Source of the DNA: Nitrosopumilaceae archaeon
Lineage (GTDB): Archaea > Thermoproteota > Nitrososphaeria > Nitrososphaerales > Nitrosopumilaceae
DNA: 64,000 nt
Reading direction: 5' to 3'
Assembly: GCA_965209085.1 (NCBI GenBank)
Contig: OZ242376.1
Span: 480,001 to 544,000, forward strand
How positions within the stretch are numbered: the stretch's first letter is position 1; each line of letters starts with the position of its first letter. The notes below the pieces were generated by a model. It saw nothing but the letters and a program-made list of their open reading frames with translations. It was not told where the DNA came from and searched no databases. Below are positions 1 to 10,355 of this stretch, piece after piece. The translations under genes were made by a program, and so were the position numbers.

Positions 1-584
1 CCTTCTATGACGTCCTTTACAAGCAAAACCTCTTTTATGTTGGAAATTTTATCCAACGCTATTATCGTGGCATTTCTGTATTTTGTATCAATCTCGCGTT
101 CAATGTCTTGCGTTTCCTGGGCAAACTCTATAGCTTTTGAAACATCCGTGTTTAACATGCGGACAACTTCGTTGAGTTTTTGAATCTCATCTACAACCAG
201 ATTTATCAAATCTGTAATACTTTCATAAATTTCAGAATTTTTAAAAGTGGCAATTTTGATGTTTGACATTTTAAATGAAATACCGGTAATGTATCCGGCA
301 ATCTCGTCCATTGTATATGCTGTATTTAACAAGTTTTCACGGTTTAAAATAAGGCCTCCAACATCTGCCACTTCGCGCGTTATTTTTCTGCGAAGGCTTT
401 CAACCTCTTCCTCTATGGCCGATATCTGATGGAGGCACGTCTTTAGGCCTTTTTTGTCTTTTTTAACGAGAATCTCAGGCAGTTTTGCCATCTCGCGCGC
501 AGAATTGAGTATACGATTTATCTCATCTTGCAACATTGCAATGGCTTTGCGCTTTGCCTGTTCCTCTAGCTCACCGCTATACAT
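1..584 (-). CDS. DUF47/PhoU-like phosphate transport regulator (partial, runs off window start)
   Basis: Read manually: ATG at 584 gives MYSGELEEQAKRKAIAMLQDEINRILNSAREMAKLPE..., a helical protein typical of thaumarchaeal DUF47. Absent from the ORF track because it is truncated. Confidence 0.7.
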   Translation of the reverse strand, partial: MYSGELEEQAKRKAIAMLQDEINRILNSAREMAKLPEILVKKDKKGLKTCLHQISAIEEEVESLRRKITREVADVGGLILNRENLLNTAYTMDEIAGYITGISFKMSNIKIATFKNSEIYESITDLINLVVDEIQKLNEVVRMLNTDVSKAIEFAQETQDIEREIDTKYRNATIIALDKISNIKEVLLVKDVIE

Positions 585-640
585 TCACAACTGAAAACGT
601 AAAACGTCTTAAATACCATGCCTTTTTTTGTAAAAATCCG

Positions 641-2392
641 TCAATTGCCAGATTTGTTCTGAGCTTTATACAATGCCACAACCTCTTCCCACGTGGATGC
701 ATCTTCGGGAGATTTATCCGATCTGATTCTTCCTGTAAATTTTGGAAATCGCAGGGCAAGACCTGTGTCTTTTTTCAAAACTCCAAAAGCCGTTTTGTGA
801 ATAGGACTAAGGGTAATCTCGGATGCGACCACTTCTATGACTAATTCTGGGGGAAACCACACGTCAGCATCCATGGCACTTTGAACCCTGGCATCTTTTT
901 TGGCGCATGCCATACCTGAGAGAATCTGATATATCTGATCAAGATGCTCGTCGGTAAACCCCGTGCCGACTTTGCATATGCTTGAAAAAGAATCATCATC
1001 CCCATCGTATGTTGCCAGTAATAGTGTCCCATATCTTCCGGTACGCCTGCCCATGCCAAAATACGCGCCTATCACAATCAAATCCAAGCTGTCGCCAAGC
1101 TCGTTGCGGTATTCGCGTTTTAATTTCAGCCATTGGCTTCCGCGCGATCCGGCATTGTACGTGGAATCGGGCATCTTTAACATGAGCCCCTCAGAGCCGG
1201 CGTTTATACTCTCTTCCATAAATTCGACAATGTTGTTTTCCTCATTTACTATAACAGCGGTAATACATTTTGTAAAATTCCCGTTTTTTACCGTTTTTTC
1301 AAGCACCGCCCTTCTTTGGACATATTCTTTGTCAAGATAATCTACACCGTCAACATACAGTGCGTCAAAAAAATTCACGGATATTGGATAGTCTGCCACG
1401 GCTTTTTCAATGCCGTGTTTTTTCCTCCTGTGCATCAGTTCCTGAAACGGGAGAAAGTTGCCAGTCTTGGGATTTATGGCCACAGCCTCAGCTTCCAATA
1501 TGGCACTTGAGCATTTTAGATTCTCTTGTATGTTCTCTTTAATATCCGGATAAAATCTTGTAACATTTTCAAGACTTCTTGAAAATATCTGTACTTGCCC
1601 ATCTTTGATATGAATCTGAACGCGCTCCCCGTCCAGCTTGTATTCTGCTGCAAATCCTTTGCCCATCTTTTCCATAGCTTCTGCTTCGGATTTTACCCTG
1701 TCTGCAAGCATTGGCCGGATTGGCCTGAAAACTGAAACGCTGAATTTTTCCACAGCCTCCAACCCTCCTTTGCACACTGTATCTGCAATCTCGCCCAAAT
1801 CACTAGATACGTTGTATGCCGCCTCTACTTTCTGCCGGTTATTTTTATCGCCGGTAAACGCTATGGCAAGTCCGTCCATTACGGTATTTTCAGCAATGCC
1901 CAGCCTGAGTGTTCCAAGTAGCAGTTTTAGGATAAATCTAGCTTCTGTTGGATTGGCATCATTTAACAGACTTGATATGTATTTTATTTTTCTCTCCTGC
2001 GAGCTTGATCCTTTTAAATTTGCAATCGTATACAGCGTATCATATACGCGTTCAACGGTTATCTCTTGCATCATAAACGTGGTCTGTTTTCTGTTGCTTA
2101 AAATTCCGGATGCTGCACGTCCAAGGTCCCCGTCTTTTTTAAGCGCCTCCTCTATCCTGTCAATCTGAATGCCCGAGGATTTTGAGATTGCCCGAACGGC
2201 AAGCTTTTCGGCAACGCCAAGCTCGACTCCCTCATAATCGGGACGAATTTTTCCCTGTATGAGATAAACAATTTTTGACATGGTATCTTGCGGCGTTGCA
2301 TGAAACAAATCCACCAAATGTTCTGTAAGCTCTAATCTTTTTGTTGTATTTTCCATCTTTTCAAACGCTTCTGCCAAAATGGAAAAGTTCAT
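641..2392 (-). CDS. lig: ATP-dependent DNA ligase
   Basis: EYKLDGER adenylation motif, EGLMLK, WLKLK, LRFPKF; 583 aa. Confidence 0.97.
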   Translation of the reverse strand: MNFSILAEAFEKMENTTKRLELTEHLVDLFHATPQDTMSKIVYLIQGKIRPDYEGVELGVAEKLAVRAISKSSGIQIDRIEEALKKDGDLGRAASGILSNRKQTTFMMQEITVERVYDTLYTIANLKGSSSQERKIKYISSLLNDANPTEARFILKLLLGTLRLGIAENTVMDGLAIAFTGDKNNRQKVEAAYNVSSDLGEIADTVCKGGLEAVEKFSVSVFRPIRPMLADRVKSEAEAMEKMGKGFAAEYKLDGERVQIHIKDGQVQIFSRSLENVTRFYPDIKENIQENLKCSSAILEAEAVAINPKTGNFLPFQELMHRRKKHGIEKAVADYPISVNFFDALYVDGVDYLDKEYVQRRAVLEKTVKNGNFTKCITAVIVNEENNIVEFMEESINAGSEGLMLKMPDSTYNAGSRGSQWLKLKREYRNELGDSLDLIVIGAYFGMGRRTGRYGTLLLATYDGDDDSFSSICKVGTGFTDEHLDQIYQILSGMACAKKDARVQSAMDADVWFPPELVIEVVASEITLSPIHKTAFGVLKKDTGLALRFPKFTGRIRSDKSPEDASTWEEVVALYKAQNKSGN

Positions 2393-2428
2393 GCTGTAAA
2401 TAATTCACACTTGGATAAAAATCTAATA

Positions 2429-2845
2429 TCAGATATACTTGAATATGGTTTTTTTATCAGAATCTCCTCCGTCGGTAACCATTGCAAAATTGTACAGCGG
2501 ATATGATTTCTTGTACTGTTTCATAAAACTCCACGTCACATCGTGGGTTCTAAAATTAACACGCAGACCATCCATCAAAGATTCCCTGCCGCATACATCA
2601 AAGATCACTATGGAATATTCCTTTGGTCTGTGATGGGGCCGTGCCTGCAAAAACCACGCAAAAGCAAATATGAATATCCCTGCAAGTATTATGGCGCCTC
2701 CAGCATCCCTGAAAAATCCGTACAGTGTGGCAGGTATTATGCGCCAAAAAAGTTCGGCGATAAACTGTGAAAATGAGACTACCGCTAGTGCCATAACAAT
2801 ATACGTTTTAAGCGCAAAAATGCCGTATATCCTCATGATGCGCAA
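2429..2845 (-). CDS. Hypothetical membrane protein
   Basis: Two hydrophobic segments and a soluble C-terminus; start uncertain. Confidence 0.6.
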   Translation of the reverse strand: MRIMRIYGIFALKTYIVMALAVVSFSQFIAELFWRIIPATLYGFFRDAGGAIILAGIFIFAFAWFLQARPHHRPKEYSIVIFDVCGRESLMDGLRVNFRTHDVTWSFMKQYKKSYPLYNFAMVTDGGDSDKKTIFKYI

Positions 2846-2895
2846 TTATTGTGTTTATTTTTAATTCTTGCTGTATTTTGCAGGCGATCTTTTAA

Positions 2896-4032
2896 CTAGT
2901 CAGGATCTTCGTAGGATTCTTTTCTCCTAACGCCGGATGTCTGATCTTTCATGGACACCATTTTCTCATTTAGAATACTTATTCTTGCCTTGTATCCTTC
3001 AGCATATTCTAGCTCAGAGGGTACCAGTGTTGCCGGATGTATGAATCCCTGACTTCGCATGGCAAGCGCTTTTTTGACGGCAATTTGGCGTATATAGTCC
3101 CAGTCGGGAGTTGAAAATCCATCAAAGGGACCTGTAAATTTCCCATCATGCATGCTGAAAACCAAAGATTCGATTATTGGTATGCAAAAATCAATGGATG
3201 CTGCAGTGTTTAATTTTACGGGCATTAGCGGCATGTTGTGGCTTCCTCTTGTATTGCCTGCAACATAGTGCGGATTGTTAAAGACGCTTCCAGCTTCTTC
3301 TGTGGCTGGGAAATTTTTCTGCGTGCGTATCAAACATATCGGATCGTCTTTCCCAACATATGTTCCGGCAATGTTGTGCAGTCTGTCAGTTGATGCAGAA
3401 AGTATGGGTTCACCGTCTCTAGTTTCCACAGTAGAAATCACATATCTTCCAGGATACATCAGCGCAGCTTCAATGGTAGGTTTGTCTTCCCACAACTGCA
3501 GCCGTGCAATCTTTCCTTCTTCAACATCCATGATGTTCATGACGACACCTTCTGCCAAGGATTTGTTTACAATCAGTCCTGTATTGCTAAGACTGTCGAC
3601 AAACAATTTGTACAACGGATAATTAAATGCGCCAGGTTCTGTCTTGTCTGCTGCAAAAATTGTAAACGCCTCGTTTGCCCTCTCTTCAAATTCCAGTTCT
3701 GCAACTCCAGGACCCATGCCTTTGACATTTCCTGAAAACGAATCCTTTAACAGATCCTGCCCCGCCCCGTACAGCCCTTCTTTTTTTGCCACCTCTGTGG
3801 CAGAAGAGAAAGCATCCCATGCAAGCTTGTGCACTTTGTCACTGTCAACTCCAAGAGTGTGTGACATTACAATGTGTATATCATCCCCGCAGTATCCGAT
3901 ATAATGATCAAGCAGCATGTTACCTGCACCCTTTACGGTGGATCTTACAGCATCCAAGAGACCATCACTTGGCCTTGTATGTCCGCCTATGCCGCCAACA
4001 TCGGCCTTTATCGCAGAAACGGTTATCTTCAT
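2896..4032 (-). CDS. fbp: Fructose-1,6-bisphosphate aldolase/phosphatase (class V FBPase)
   Basis: KADVGGIGGH, GLYGAGQDLLKDSFSGNVKGMGP, YVGKDDP motifs. Confidence 0.97.
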   Translation of the reverse strand: MKITVSAIKADVGGIGGHTRPSDGLLDAVRSTVKGAGNMLLDHYIGYCGDDIHIVMSHTLGVDSDKVHKLAWDAFSSATEVAKKEGLYGAGQDLLKDSFSGNVKGMGPGVAELEFEERANEAFTIFAADKTEPGAFNYPLYKLFVDSLSNTGLIVNKSLAEGVVMNIMDVEEGKIARLQLWEDKPTIEAALMYPGRYVISTVETRDGEPILSASTDRLHNIAGTYVGKDDPICLIRTQKNFPATEEAGSVFNNPHYVAGNTRGSHNMPLMPVKLNTAASIDFCIPIIESLVFSMHDGKFTGPFDGFSTPDWDYIRQIAVKKALAMRSQGFIHPATLVPSELEYAEGYKARISILNEKMVSMKDQTSGVRRKESYEDPD

Positions 4033-4156
4033 ATCCTATGATAGAATATCACCGATGATTTATGTGTAGTTTTCATAACTTTGGGTAAATCTATAAAATC
4101 ACAATTTCTAACAAAAATCGCAAAGGTAATAAATGGCAATATTTGGTATGACATCG

Positions 4157-5455
4157 ATGGCAAAAAAAGACCACCTAAACCTAATCATAACAGGTCACAT
4201 TGATAATGGAAAATCCACAACAATGGGTCACTTTTTGATGGATTTGGGCGTGGTTGACGAGAGAACAATACAATCCCATGCAGAAGAGTCTGAAAAGATC
4301 GGCAAGGGTGACACTTTCAAATATGCCTGGGTTATGGACAACATTAAAGACGAGAGAGAGCGTGGCATTACAATTGATCTGGCATTTCAGAAATTCGAGT
4401 CTACAAAATACTTTTTCACACTAATTGACGCACCAGGACACCGAGACTTTATCAAAAACATGATTACAGGTGCTTCAGAGGCAGACTGTGCCGTTTTGGT
4501 TTTATCTGCCAAAGAAGGGGAAACTGACACTGCCATAGCCCCGGGCGGACAAGCACGAGAGCACGCATTTTTATTAAAAACACTGGGCGTAAAACAGATT
4601 ATCGTAGCCATCAATAAAATGGACAGTAGCAATTATTCCGAAGACGCATTCAAGGCTGCAAAGGAAAAAGGCGAAAAACTCATCAAATCCGTCGGTTACA
4701 AAGCGGATACTGTACCATTCATCCCAATATCTGGCTGGATAGGGGACAATTTGGTTAAAAAATCAGAAAACATGTCTTGGTATGGGGGAAAAACCCTGCT
4801 AGAAGCCTTTGATGACTTTATACTAGAGGAAAAACCAACGGGCAAACCATTGCGCGTACCAATCCAGGATGTTTATACAATTACTGGAGTTGGAACAGTA
4901 CCGGTAGGACGTGTAGAAACTGGAGTAATGAAACCAAACGACAAGATCATTATAATGCCTTCAGGTGCCGTAGGCGAGATTAAATCCATTGAAACTCACC
5001 ATACCCAACTAGACTCTGCGTCCGCAGGAGACAACGTGGGATTCAACCTTCGTGGAATAGAGAAAAAAGACATCCAGCGCGGCGATGTCATGGGCTCTCC
5101 GAGTGCACCTCCAAACGTGGCAAAAGAATTCCTTGCACAGATTATTGTTATCCACCATCCAACTGCACTAGCTCCTGGATATACCCCAGTCATGCACTGT
5201 CATACCGCACAAGTGGCCGCAACAATTACCGAATTTGTATCAAAGATAAACCCTGCAACCGGCGCTGAAGATGAAAAATCTCCAAAATTCCTAAAGGCGG
5301 GTGATTCTGCAATTGTAAAAATCCGTCCAGTAAGACCAACTCCTATAGAAACATTCCAGGAATTCCCAGAAATGGGCCGTTTTGCCCTGCGTGACATGGG
5401 CGCGACTATTGCTGCTGGTGTCGTAAAAGAAATTACCGAAGCACACCAGGTATAA
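4157..5455 (+). CDS. tuf: Translation elongation factor EF-1alpha
   Basis: GHIDNGKST, DAPGHRDF, NKMD; likely start at ATG 4157 (ORF track starts 4133). Confidence 0.98.
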   Translation: MAKKDHLNLIITGHIDNGKSTTMGHFLMDLGVVDERTIQSHAEESEKIGKGDTFKYAWVMDNIKDERERGITIDLAFQKFESTKYFFTLIDAPGHRDFIKNMITGASEADCAVLVLSAKEGETDTAIAPGGQAREHAFLLKTLGVKQIIVAINKMDSSNYSEDAFKAAKEKGEKLIKSVGYKADTVPFIPISGWIGDNLVKKSENMSWYGGKTLLEAFDDFILEEKPTGKPLRVPIQDVYTITGVGTVPVGRVETGVMKPNDKIIIMPSGAVGEIKSIETHHTQLDSASAGDNVGFNLRGIEKKDIQRGDVMGSPSAPPNVAKEFLAQIIVIHHPTALAPGYTPVMHCHTAQVAATITEFVSKINPATGAEDEKSPKFLKAGDSAIVKIRPVRPTPIETFQEFPEMGRFALRDMGATIAAGVVKEITEAHQV

Positions 5456-5465
5456 GCGGATTCAA

Positions 5466-5774
5466 ATGACGCAGCCTGCCCGTGTCAAACTCACAAGCAC
5501 AGATATTAAAAAACTCGATGGCGTATGCGCTGAGATTATGGGCATTGGTAAAAAAACAGGCGTAAAGATCAAAGGTCCGATACCACTGCCACTCAAAAAA
5601 CTGCACATTGCAACCAGAAAATCACCGTGCGGCAGTGGCACTGAAACGTATGAGAAATGGGAGATGCGTCTGCATAGAAGAGTTATTGACATAAGCGCCG
5701 ATGACAAGGCGATAAGACAGCTCATGAGACTAAAAATGCCAGATGATGTTCAAATAGAGCTGACCCTGACGTGA
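5466..5774 (+). CDS. rps10: 30S ribosomal protein S10 (uS10)
   Basis: GPIPLP, RKSPCGSGTETYEKWEMRLHRR; follows tuf. Confidence 0.97.
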   Translation: MTQPARVKLTSTDIKKLDGVCAEIMGIGKKTGVKIKGPIPLPLKKLHIATRKSPCGSGTETYEKWEMRLHRRVIDISADDKAIRQLMRLKMPDDVQIELTLT

Positions 5775-5811
5775 TTGCCTTTATTATGGGGTATTTTGGA
5801 GCAGGATACTG

Positions 5812-6024
5812 ATGGTTAATGAAGAGCTTTCTGAAAATGAAGAAACTGAAATGCCAGCAGAGGAGCCCAAAGTTCAACATGATGTCTTTTACAAATGTCT
5901 GCGTTGTGGAACGCATGCGTCAAATACGGAACTAGACAAACTGCCAGAGATAAAATGCATTTGTGGATTTAGAGTTTTTACCAAAGTTCGGCCCGAAATG
6001 CCAAAAATTGTAAACGCGATATAA
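5812..6024 (+). CDS. rpoP: RNA polymerase subunit Rpo12/P (zinc ribbon)
   Basis: YKCLRCG...IKCICGFRVFTKVRP. Confidence 0.85.
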   Translation: MVNEELSENEETEMPAEEPKVQHDVFYKCLRCGTHASNTELDKLPEIKCICGFRVFTKVRPEMPKIVNAI

Positions 6025-6035
6025 CATTAAACATT

Positions 6036-6446
6036 TTATCCAAACTGTGATTTTTGTCCGTCCCAGCACGTTCTGCACAAATGTCCGTTTATTTTCCATT
6101 TTGGTTTTGGATTATATCTGATTAAACCCATCTTTGCACCGCATAAAACGCAAAAGTTTTTCTTTTTTTCATGCGTGTTTTCTTTATTATCAAAGCAGGC
6201 CTTGCACAACAGTCCTTCCATGTCCCACTGCCACCGCGGCTCCCACAAGTCGGTAATCTTGTAGCTTGTACTGCATATGATGCACGGCTGCCTTGCCTTG
6301 CCCTCATAATATTCCTGTGTCTTATCCACATGGCAGTCGCCGCACAATTTGCCCTTTAGGTTCCATTCTTTTCTCGGTTTGTGCATATGCGAGGCATTCT
6401 TGCCGCATATGATGCACGGTTCATTCTTTCTGTTAAAGAGGCCCAT
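6036..6446 (-). CDS. Hypothetical protein with three CxxC...LCxxC zinc-finger repeats
   Basis: Three repeats C-x2-C-x(n)-P-x3-W-x3-G-x-LC-x2-C. Confidence 0.75.
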   Translation of the reverse strand: MGLFNRKNEPCIICGKNASHMHKPRKEWNLKGKLCGDCHVDKTQEYYEGKARQPCIICSTSYKITDLWEPRWQWDMEGLLCKACFDNKENTHEKKKNFCVLCGAKMGLIRYNPKPKWKINGHLCRTCWDGQKSQFG

Positions 6447-6491
6447 GAATTAAAGCAAATATCTCTTTAATAATATGTTATCTCATTTTAT

Positions 6492-6734
6492 TTGGGGAAA
6501 ATTTTTAACTATGCCATACTGATGACTTTCATGTACTATAACTTTGAGCTTGTCATGGCTGGAGCAATTCTGCTTACGGCAATGCTGATCGGGGGCATAG
6601 CATTGCGGGTAAGACGTTCACGCAGCATCGATGAAACACCGGATGCAAACCCGCTGGAGGGTGCGGATGCAAAAAATACCTGGCCTGATGTACGGGAAGA
6701 TACGGATGATGAGAGATCTGACTCGCAGACATAA
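6492..6734 (+). CDS. Small single-TM hypothetical protein
   Basis: Hydrophobic helix followed by an acidic tail; start uncertain. Confidence 0.5.
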   Translation: MGKIFNYAILMTFMYYNFELVMAGAILLTAMLIGGIALRVRRSRSIDETPDANPLEGADAKNTWPDVREDTDDERSDSQT

Positions 6735-6763
6735 AATAGCCGTATCTGCAAACTTGTTTTGAA

Positions 6764-7321
6764 ATGAATCTAATCGTGGGAATAACAGGAAGTACCGGCG
6801 TCATATACGGAATAAGACTGCTTGAGACTTTGAAGAAACTGGGCGTAAACGTGCATCTTGTTATGAGCGAGTGGGCCGCAAAATGCATTCCAATGGAGAC
6901 TGAATATACATCAGAGCAGGTAAAAAAATTGGCAGGAGTGCACTCGGATCCTTCAAACATGGCATCATCAATTTCTAGTGGAACACACAAGTCAGATGGC
7001 ATGATCGTCGCACCGTGCAGCATGAAGACACTTGCTGCAATATCGTGCGGATACGATGACACACTAGTGGCCCGTGCGGCCGGAGTTACAATAAAAGAAT
7101 CACGAAAACTAGTTTTAATGGCAAGGGAGACGCCTCTTTCGGCAATACATCTTGAAAACATGCTGAAACTTTCAAGACTTGGAGTTGTAATTCTCCCGCC
7201 CGTGGCAGAATTTTATACAAAGCCTAAAACAATATCTGACATGGTGGATCATGGAGTGGGAAAATGCCTTGATCAATTCAACATACCGCATACATTGTAT
7301 GAGAGATGGGGCGGCAACTAG
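6764..7321 (+). CDS. ubiX: Flavin prenyltransferase UbiX/Pad1
   Basis: VGITGSTG, SSGT, APCSMKTL, RETPLS motifs. Confidence 0.93.
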   Translation: MNLIVGITGSTGVIYGIRLLETLKKLGVNVHLVMSEWAAKCIPMETEYTSEQVKKLAGVHSDPSNMASSISSGTHKSDGMIVAPCSMKTLAAISCGYDDTLVARAAGVTIKESRKLVLMARETPLSAIHLENMLKLSRLGVVILPPVAEFYTKPKTISDMVDHGVGKCLDQFNIPHTLYERWGGN

Positions 7322-7767
7322 TGATATCCTGGCGGATAATGCGACACATAACCTTTGATGTGAAAATAAGCGCCGACATTGAAAAAGCATTTGCAATCTC
7401 TACAAACTATGCAAATTTGCACACTGTAACAAACGGATTCTACACCCTCTCAAAAACACGATCAACTAGAAAGACCTCGACACTTGTCGGACATCGCATA
7501 CTTGTTTTAAAAAACACTCTTGTTGTAATGATAAAACATGTCATAGAGGATGGGTACGTGCACAAATCATACTGGGTCGGAGGGGATGCAAAGGGAAGCA
7601 TCATATCTGAAACGTATGAAAAATCCGAAAATGAAACCATACTGCATGTTGATGCGCAGCTTAACCTGCCATTTTTTTTGGCATTAAAATCCGTATTTTA
7701 TTCTAAAAAACTTGAATCAAACCTGCAACATATGGCGCAGGGTATTGCACGTGCTGCAGAATCCTAG
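7306..7767 (+). CDS. SRPBCC/polyketide cyclase-like protein
   Basis: Size and pattern (AFAISTNYANL, GGDAKGS.I.ETY) resemble thaumarchaeal START/SRPBCC proteins; true start probably slightly downstream. Confidence 0.55.
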   Translation: MGRQLVISWRIMRHITFDVKISADIEKAFAISTNYANLHTVTNGFYTLSKTRSTRKTSTLVGHRILVLKNTLVVMIKHVIEDGYVHKSYWVGGDAKGSIISETYEKSENETILHVDAQLNLPFFLALKSVFYSKKLESNLQHMAQGIARAAES

Positions 7768-7964
7768 GATTCGTCATTTTTATCTTTGAATTTTTTCAAC
7801 TCATCGTCGCCTTCAAGTTTGCCTTTTTCAAATTCGCCTTTTGCCTTGCCAAACGTCTTTGCAAGCTCTGGTATTTTTTTTACCCCAAAGATTAGCACTG
7901 CGGCAATCACTATGACGATTATCAATTCCTGACCTGCAATAAAACCTGAAACCAATCCGAGCAT
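7764..7964 (-). CDS. tatA: Twin-arginine translocase TatA
   Basis: TM helix followed by FGVKKIPELAKTFGKAKGEF. Confidence 0.93.
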   Translation of the reverse strand: MLGLVSGFIAGQELIIVIVIAAVLIFGVKKIPELAKTFGKAKGEFEKGKLEGDDELKKFKDKNDES

Positions 7965-7997
7965 ACCCTAAATGCACGGAATTTAGATTTAAGTGTT

Positions 7998-8768
7998 TTA
8001 CACGCCAGATTCTTTTTTATTTTTACGCTCGTACCTTTCTGCAGCTATCATGCCTCCAAAATATAGGCCTATCATGGGGCCTGCAATGAACCACATGGTG
8101 ATGCCGCTGCCGTCAGGCGTGATAGCTGCACCGAATATCACAATGGCTACGATGGCATAGCGTATGTTTTTCCTCCAAAATTTCCCCCCCGTCATTCCGG
8201 ATGCTGTAAACGCGTACATTACCAGCGGAAGCTGAAACGACATTCCAAACGCAATCAAAAATTGGAGCACAAATCCGATAAAATCCATGACGTTAAGAAA
8301 CGTCACAAGTCCGGAAGATTCGCCGTATGTGTACAAAAAATCCAGTATGTACGGAATGACTGCCACGTATGAAAATATGCATCCTCCAAGAAACAAAAAA
8401 AGCGCGGGAAGTGCAATGCTTCGGCTAATCTTTACCTCTGTTTCTTTTAGTGCCGGCGCCAAAAATCCCACAGCCTCGCGGACTAGGATCGGCATTGAAC
8501 ATACGACTGATACAAGTGCTGCAATGTACACTTGGGCAAAAAATGCCTGACCTGGAGCAGTCTGTATAAGCTGCACGTTTTCTGGAACCAGAGTATCCCG
8601 CATATAGTTTGTTATCTGTGCTGCAATATTGTTGAGCGGTTCAGGCGTTGGATAATACAGCGTGAGTCCATACAGCTCGAACGGTTCTGCATGAAATGTT
8701 ATCAGAAAAACGGTAATTACACCAACTGCAACAGCGGATCTTAAAACACGTTTTCGTATCTCTTCCAA
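7998..8768 (-). CDS. tatC: Twin-arginine translocase TatC
   Basis: HLEEIRKR, FLAPALKETE, FQLP, AAITPD; six TM segments. Confidence 0.93.
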   Translation of the reverse strand: MEEIRKRVLRSAVAVGVITVFLITFHAEPFELYGLTLYYPTPEPLNNIAAQITNYMRDTLVPENVQLIQTAPGQAFFAQVYIAALVSVVCSMPILVREAVGFLAPALKETEVKISRSIALPALFLFLGGCIFSYVAVIPYILDFLYTYGESSGLVTFLNVMDFIGFVLQFLIAFGMSFQLPLVMYAFTASGMTGGKFWRKNIRYAIVAIVIFGAAITPDGSGITMWFIAGPMIGLYFGGMIAAERYERKNKKESGV

Positions 8769-8819
8769 ATGAGGACCGATTTCGCCGGCTGCATACTTTA
8801 TGATGCCCCGCCTCCAAAC

Positions 8820-9323
8820 TTACTTGCCCGCTATGGGAAGCAGCTTTGCCTCTGGAAGACCGTAAGATTTTGCATCCTCTTCGAGCATGTCTGCAAATTC
8901 CAGTGTAATGATGGCCTTTGTGTTAAATTTAGATTCCAAATCGGATGCAAGCTGTGATATCTCTTTTGGAGAATATATGATCTTTGAATCTTCCAAAATG
9001 ATTCTCTGGCCTTTTTCAAGCGGTTTTCCGCCGAATTTGTCCTTTAGGAAATTTGTAATATTTGGAACTTCCTTTTGATCAATGTTGTTGTGGTAAAAGG
9101 ATATTCCTTTGATTGATTTGTAATTGTTTGGGGTTCCATGCCTGTACAGAAATACGCCGATGTATATTGCCTCCTCCTCCGGTGCACGCACGCACTTTAT
9201 GTCCCAGTTTAACAGCTTGTCCTCCGGATATGAACACTTTGCAACCTCTTTTGATTCCATTTTCCAATATCTGCATCTTGCCATATGATGTGGTATCATT
9301 TTGTCTGATATAAATACAACCAA
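8820..9323 (-). CDS. Hypothetical protein
   Basis: 167-aa ORF co-oriented with tatC, host-like composition. Confidence 0.65.
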   Translation of the reverse strand: MVVFISDKMIPHHMARCRYWKMESKEVAKCSYPEDKLLNWDIKCVRAPEEEAIYIGVFLYRHGTPNNYKSIKGISFYHNNIDQKEVPNITNFLKDKFGGKPLEKGQRIILEDSKIIYSPKEISQLASDLESKFNTKAIITLEFADMLEEDAKSYGLPEAKLLPIAGK

Positions 9324-9348
9324 ATGACGTGGGATAGGTAATTATGCT

Positions 9349-9636
9349 TTGACTTTATGTACGCATCTTGTGGATACATACACAGTCAAGATTGTGATAG
9401 AAAACAAACCCGGAATCAACGATCCGGAAGGGGAAACAATACTGAATGATTTGATTCTCAAAGGTTCAGACTCCAAGATCACCGACGTTCGGACTGCCAA
9501 AATGCTTACCATAAAGATGCGGGAAAAATCCCCCAATGATGCAAAAAAAAGAACACAGAAAATGTGCGATGAGATGCGAATCTACAATCCGATGGTAAGC
9601 CAAATTTCAATTTCTGTCTCAAAGGCGCAAAAATGA
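9349..9636 (+). CDS. purS: Phosphoribosylformylglycinamidine synthase PurS
   Basis: KPGINDPEG, IYNPMV; probable start GTG ~9370; precedes purQL. Confidence 0.9.
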   Translation: MTLCTHLVDTYTVKIVIENKPGINDPEGETILNDLILKGSDSKITDVRTAKMLTIKMREKSPNDAKKRTQKMCDEMRIYNPMVSQISISVSKAQK

Positions 9637-9665
9637 TTCCCAATGTTCACATTAAATAAGCGGAC

Positions 9666-10355
9666 ATGCCAAGTATGCACGTGAGGGCAGGCATCGTGGT
9701 CTTTCCTGGAAGTAACTGCGATCGAGACATGATGCACGTAATGCGGGATGTTTGCGGGATTGACACACAGTTTTTTTGGCATGAAAAACCGCTCCCAAAA
9801 TCCGGTCTTGACGCAGTTGTACTGCCGGGAGGATTCTCATACGGTGACAGACTGCGTGCCGGTGTGATTGCAGCTCACAGTCCTGCAATGAGGGATGTTA
9901 AACGGATTGCCAAAGACGGCGTGCCGGTTTTGGGCGTCTGCAACGGTTTTCAAATACTTGTGGAATCTGGACTCTTGCCTGGCGTACTGTTGGGAAACGA
10001 ATCGCATTCCTTTATGTGCCAGTGGACCGAACTTTTAGTGGAGAATAATTCCACGCCGTTTACAAACATGCTGCAGATGCATCAGCGCATGCCAATACCC
10101 ATAGCAAACGGGGAGGGGAGATACTATGCGGACGAGGATACGATAAAAGAGATGCGCAAAAAAAACCAAATTGTTTTCAAATATACCAAAAGCGTAAACG
10201 GATCAAAAGGTGAAATAGCCGGCGTATGCAACAGGGAGGGCAACGTGGTGGGAATGATGCCACATCCTGAGAGGGCAGCAGAGCCGGAATTGAATCCTGC
10301 CGATTACAAACCTGCATCGATGATATTCAAATCACTCATGGGTGGATTCAGTTGA
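9666..10355 (+). CDS. purQ: FGAM synthase glutaminase subunit PurQ
   Basis: FPGSNCDRD, GGFSYGDRLRAG, GVCNGFQ, MMPHPER. Confidence 0.96.
   Translation: MPSMHVRAGIVVFPGSNCDRDMMHVMRDVCGIDTQFFWHEKPLPKSGLDAVVLPGGFSYGDRLRAGVIAAHSPAMRDVKRIAKDGVPVLGVCNGFQILVESGLLPGVLLGNESHSFMCQWTELLVENNSTPFTNMLQMHQRMPIPIANGEGRYYADEDTIKEMRKKNQIVFKYTKSVNGSKGEIAGVCNREGNVVGMMPHPERAAEPELNPADYKPASMIFKSLMGGFS

Noticed and set aside
8769-8819. tatC lacks an upstream ATG/GTG (possible non-canonical start)
   Set aside because: The TTG at 8768 gives a near-complete protein; this cannot be distinguished from normal start variation.
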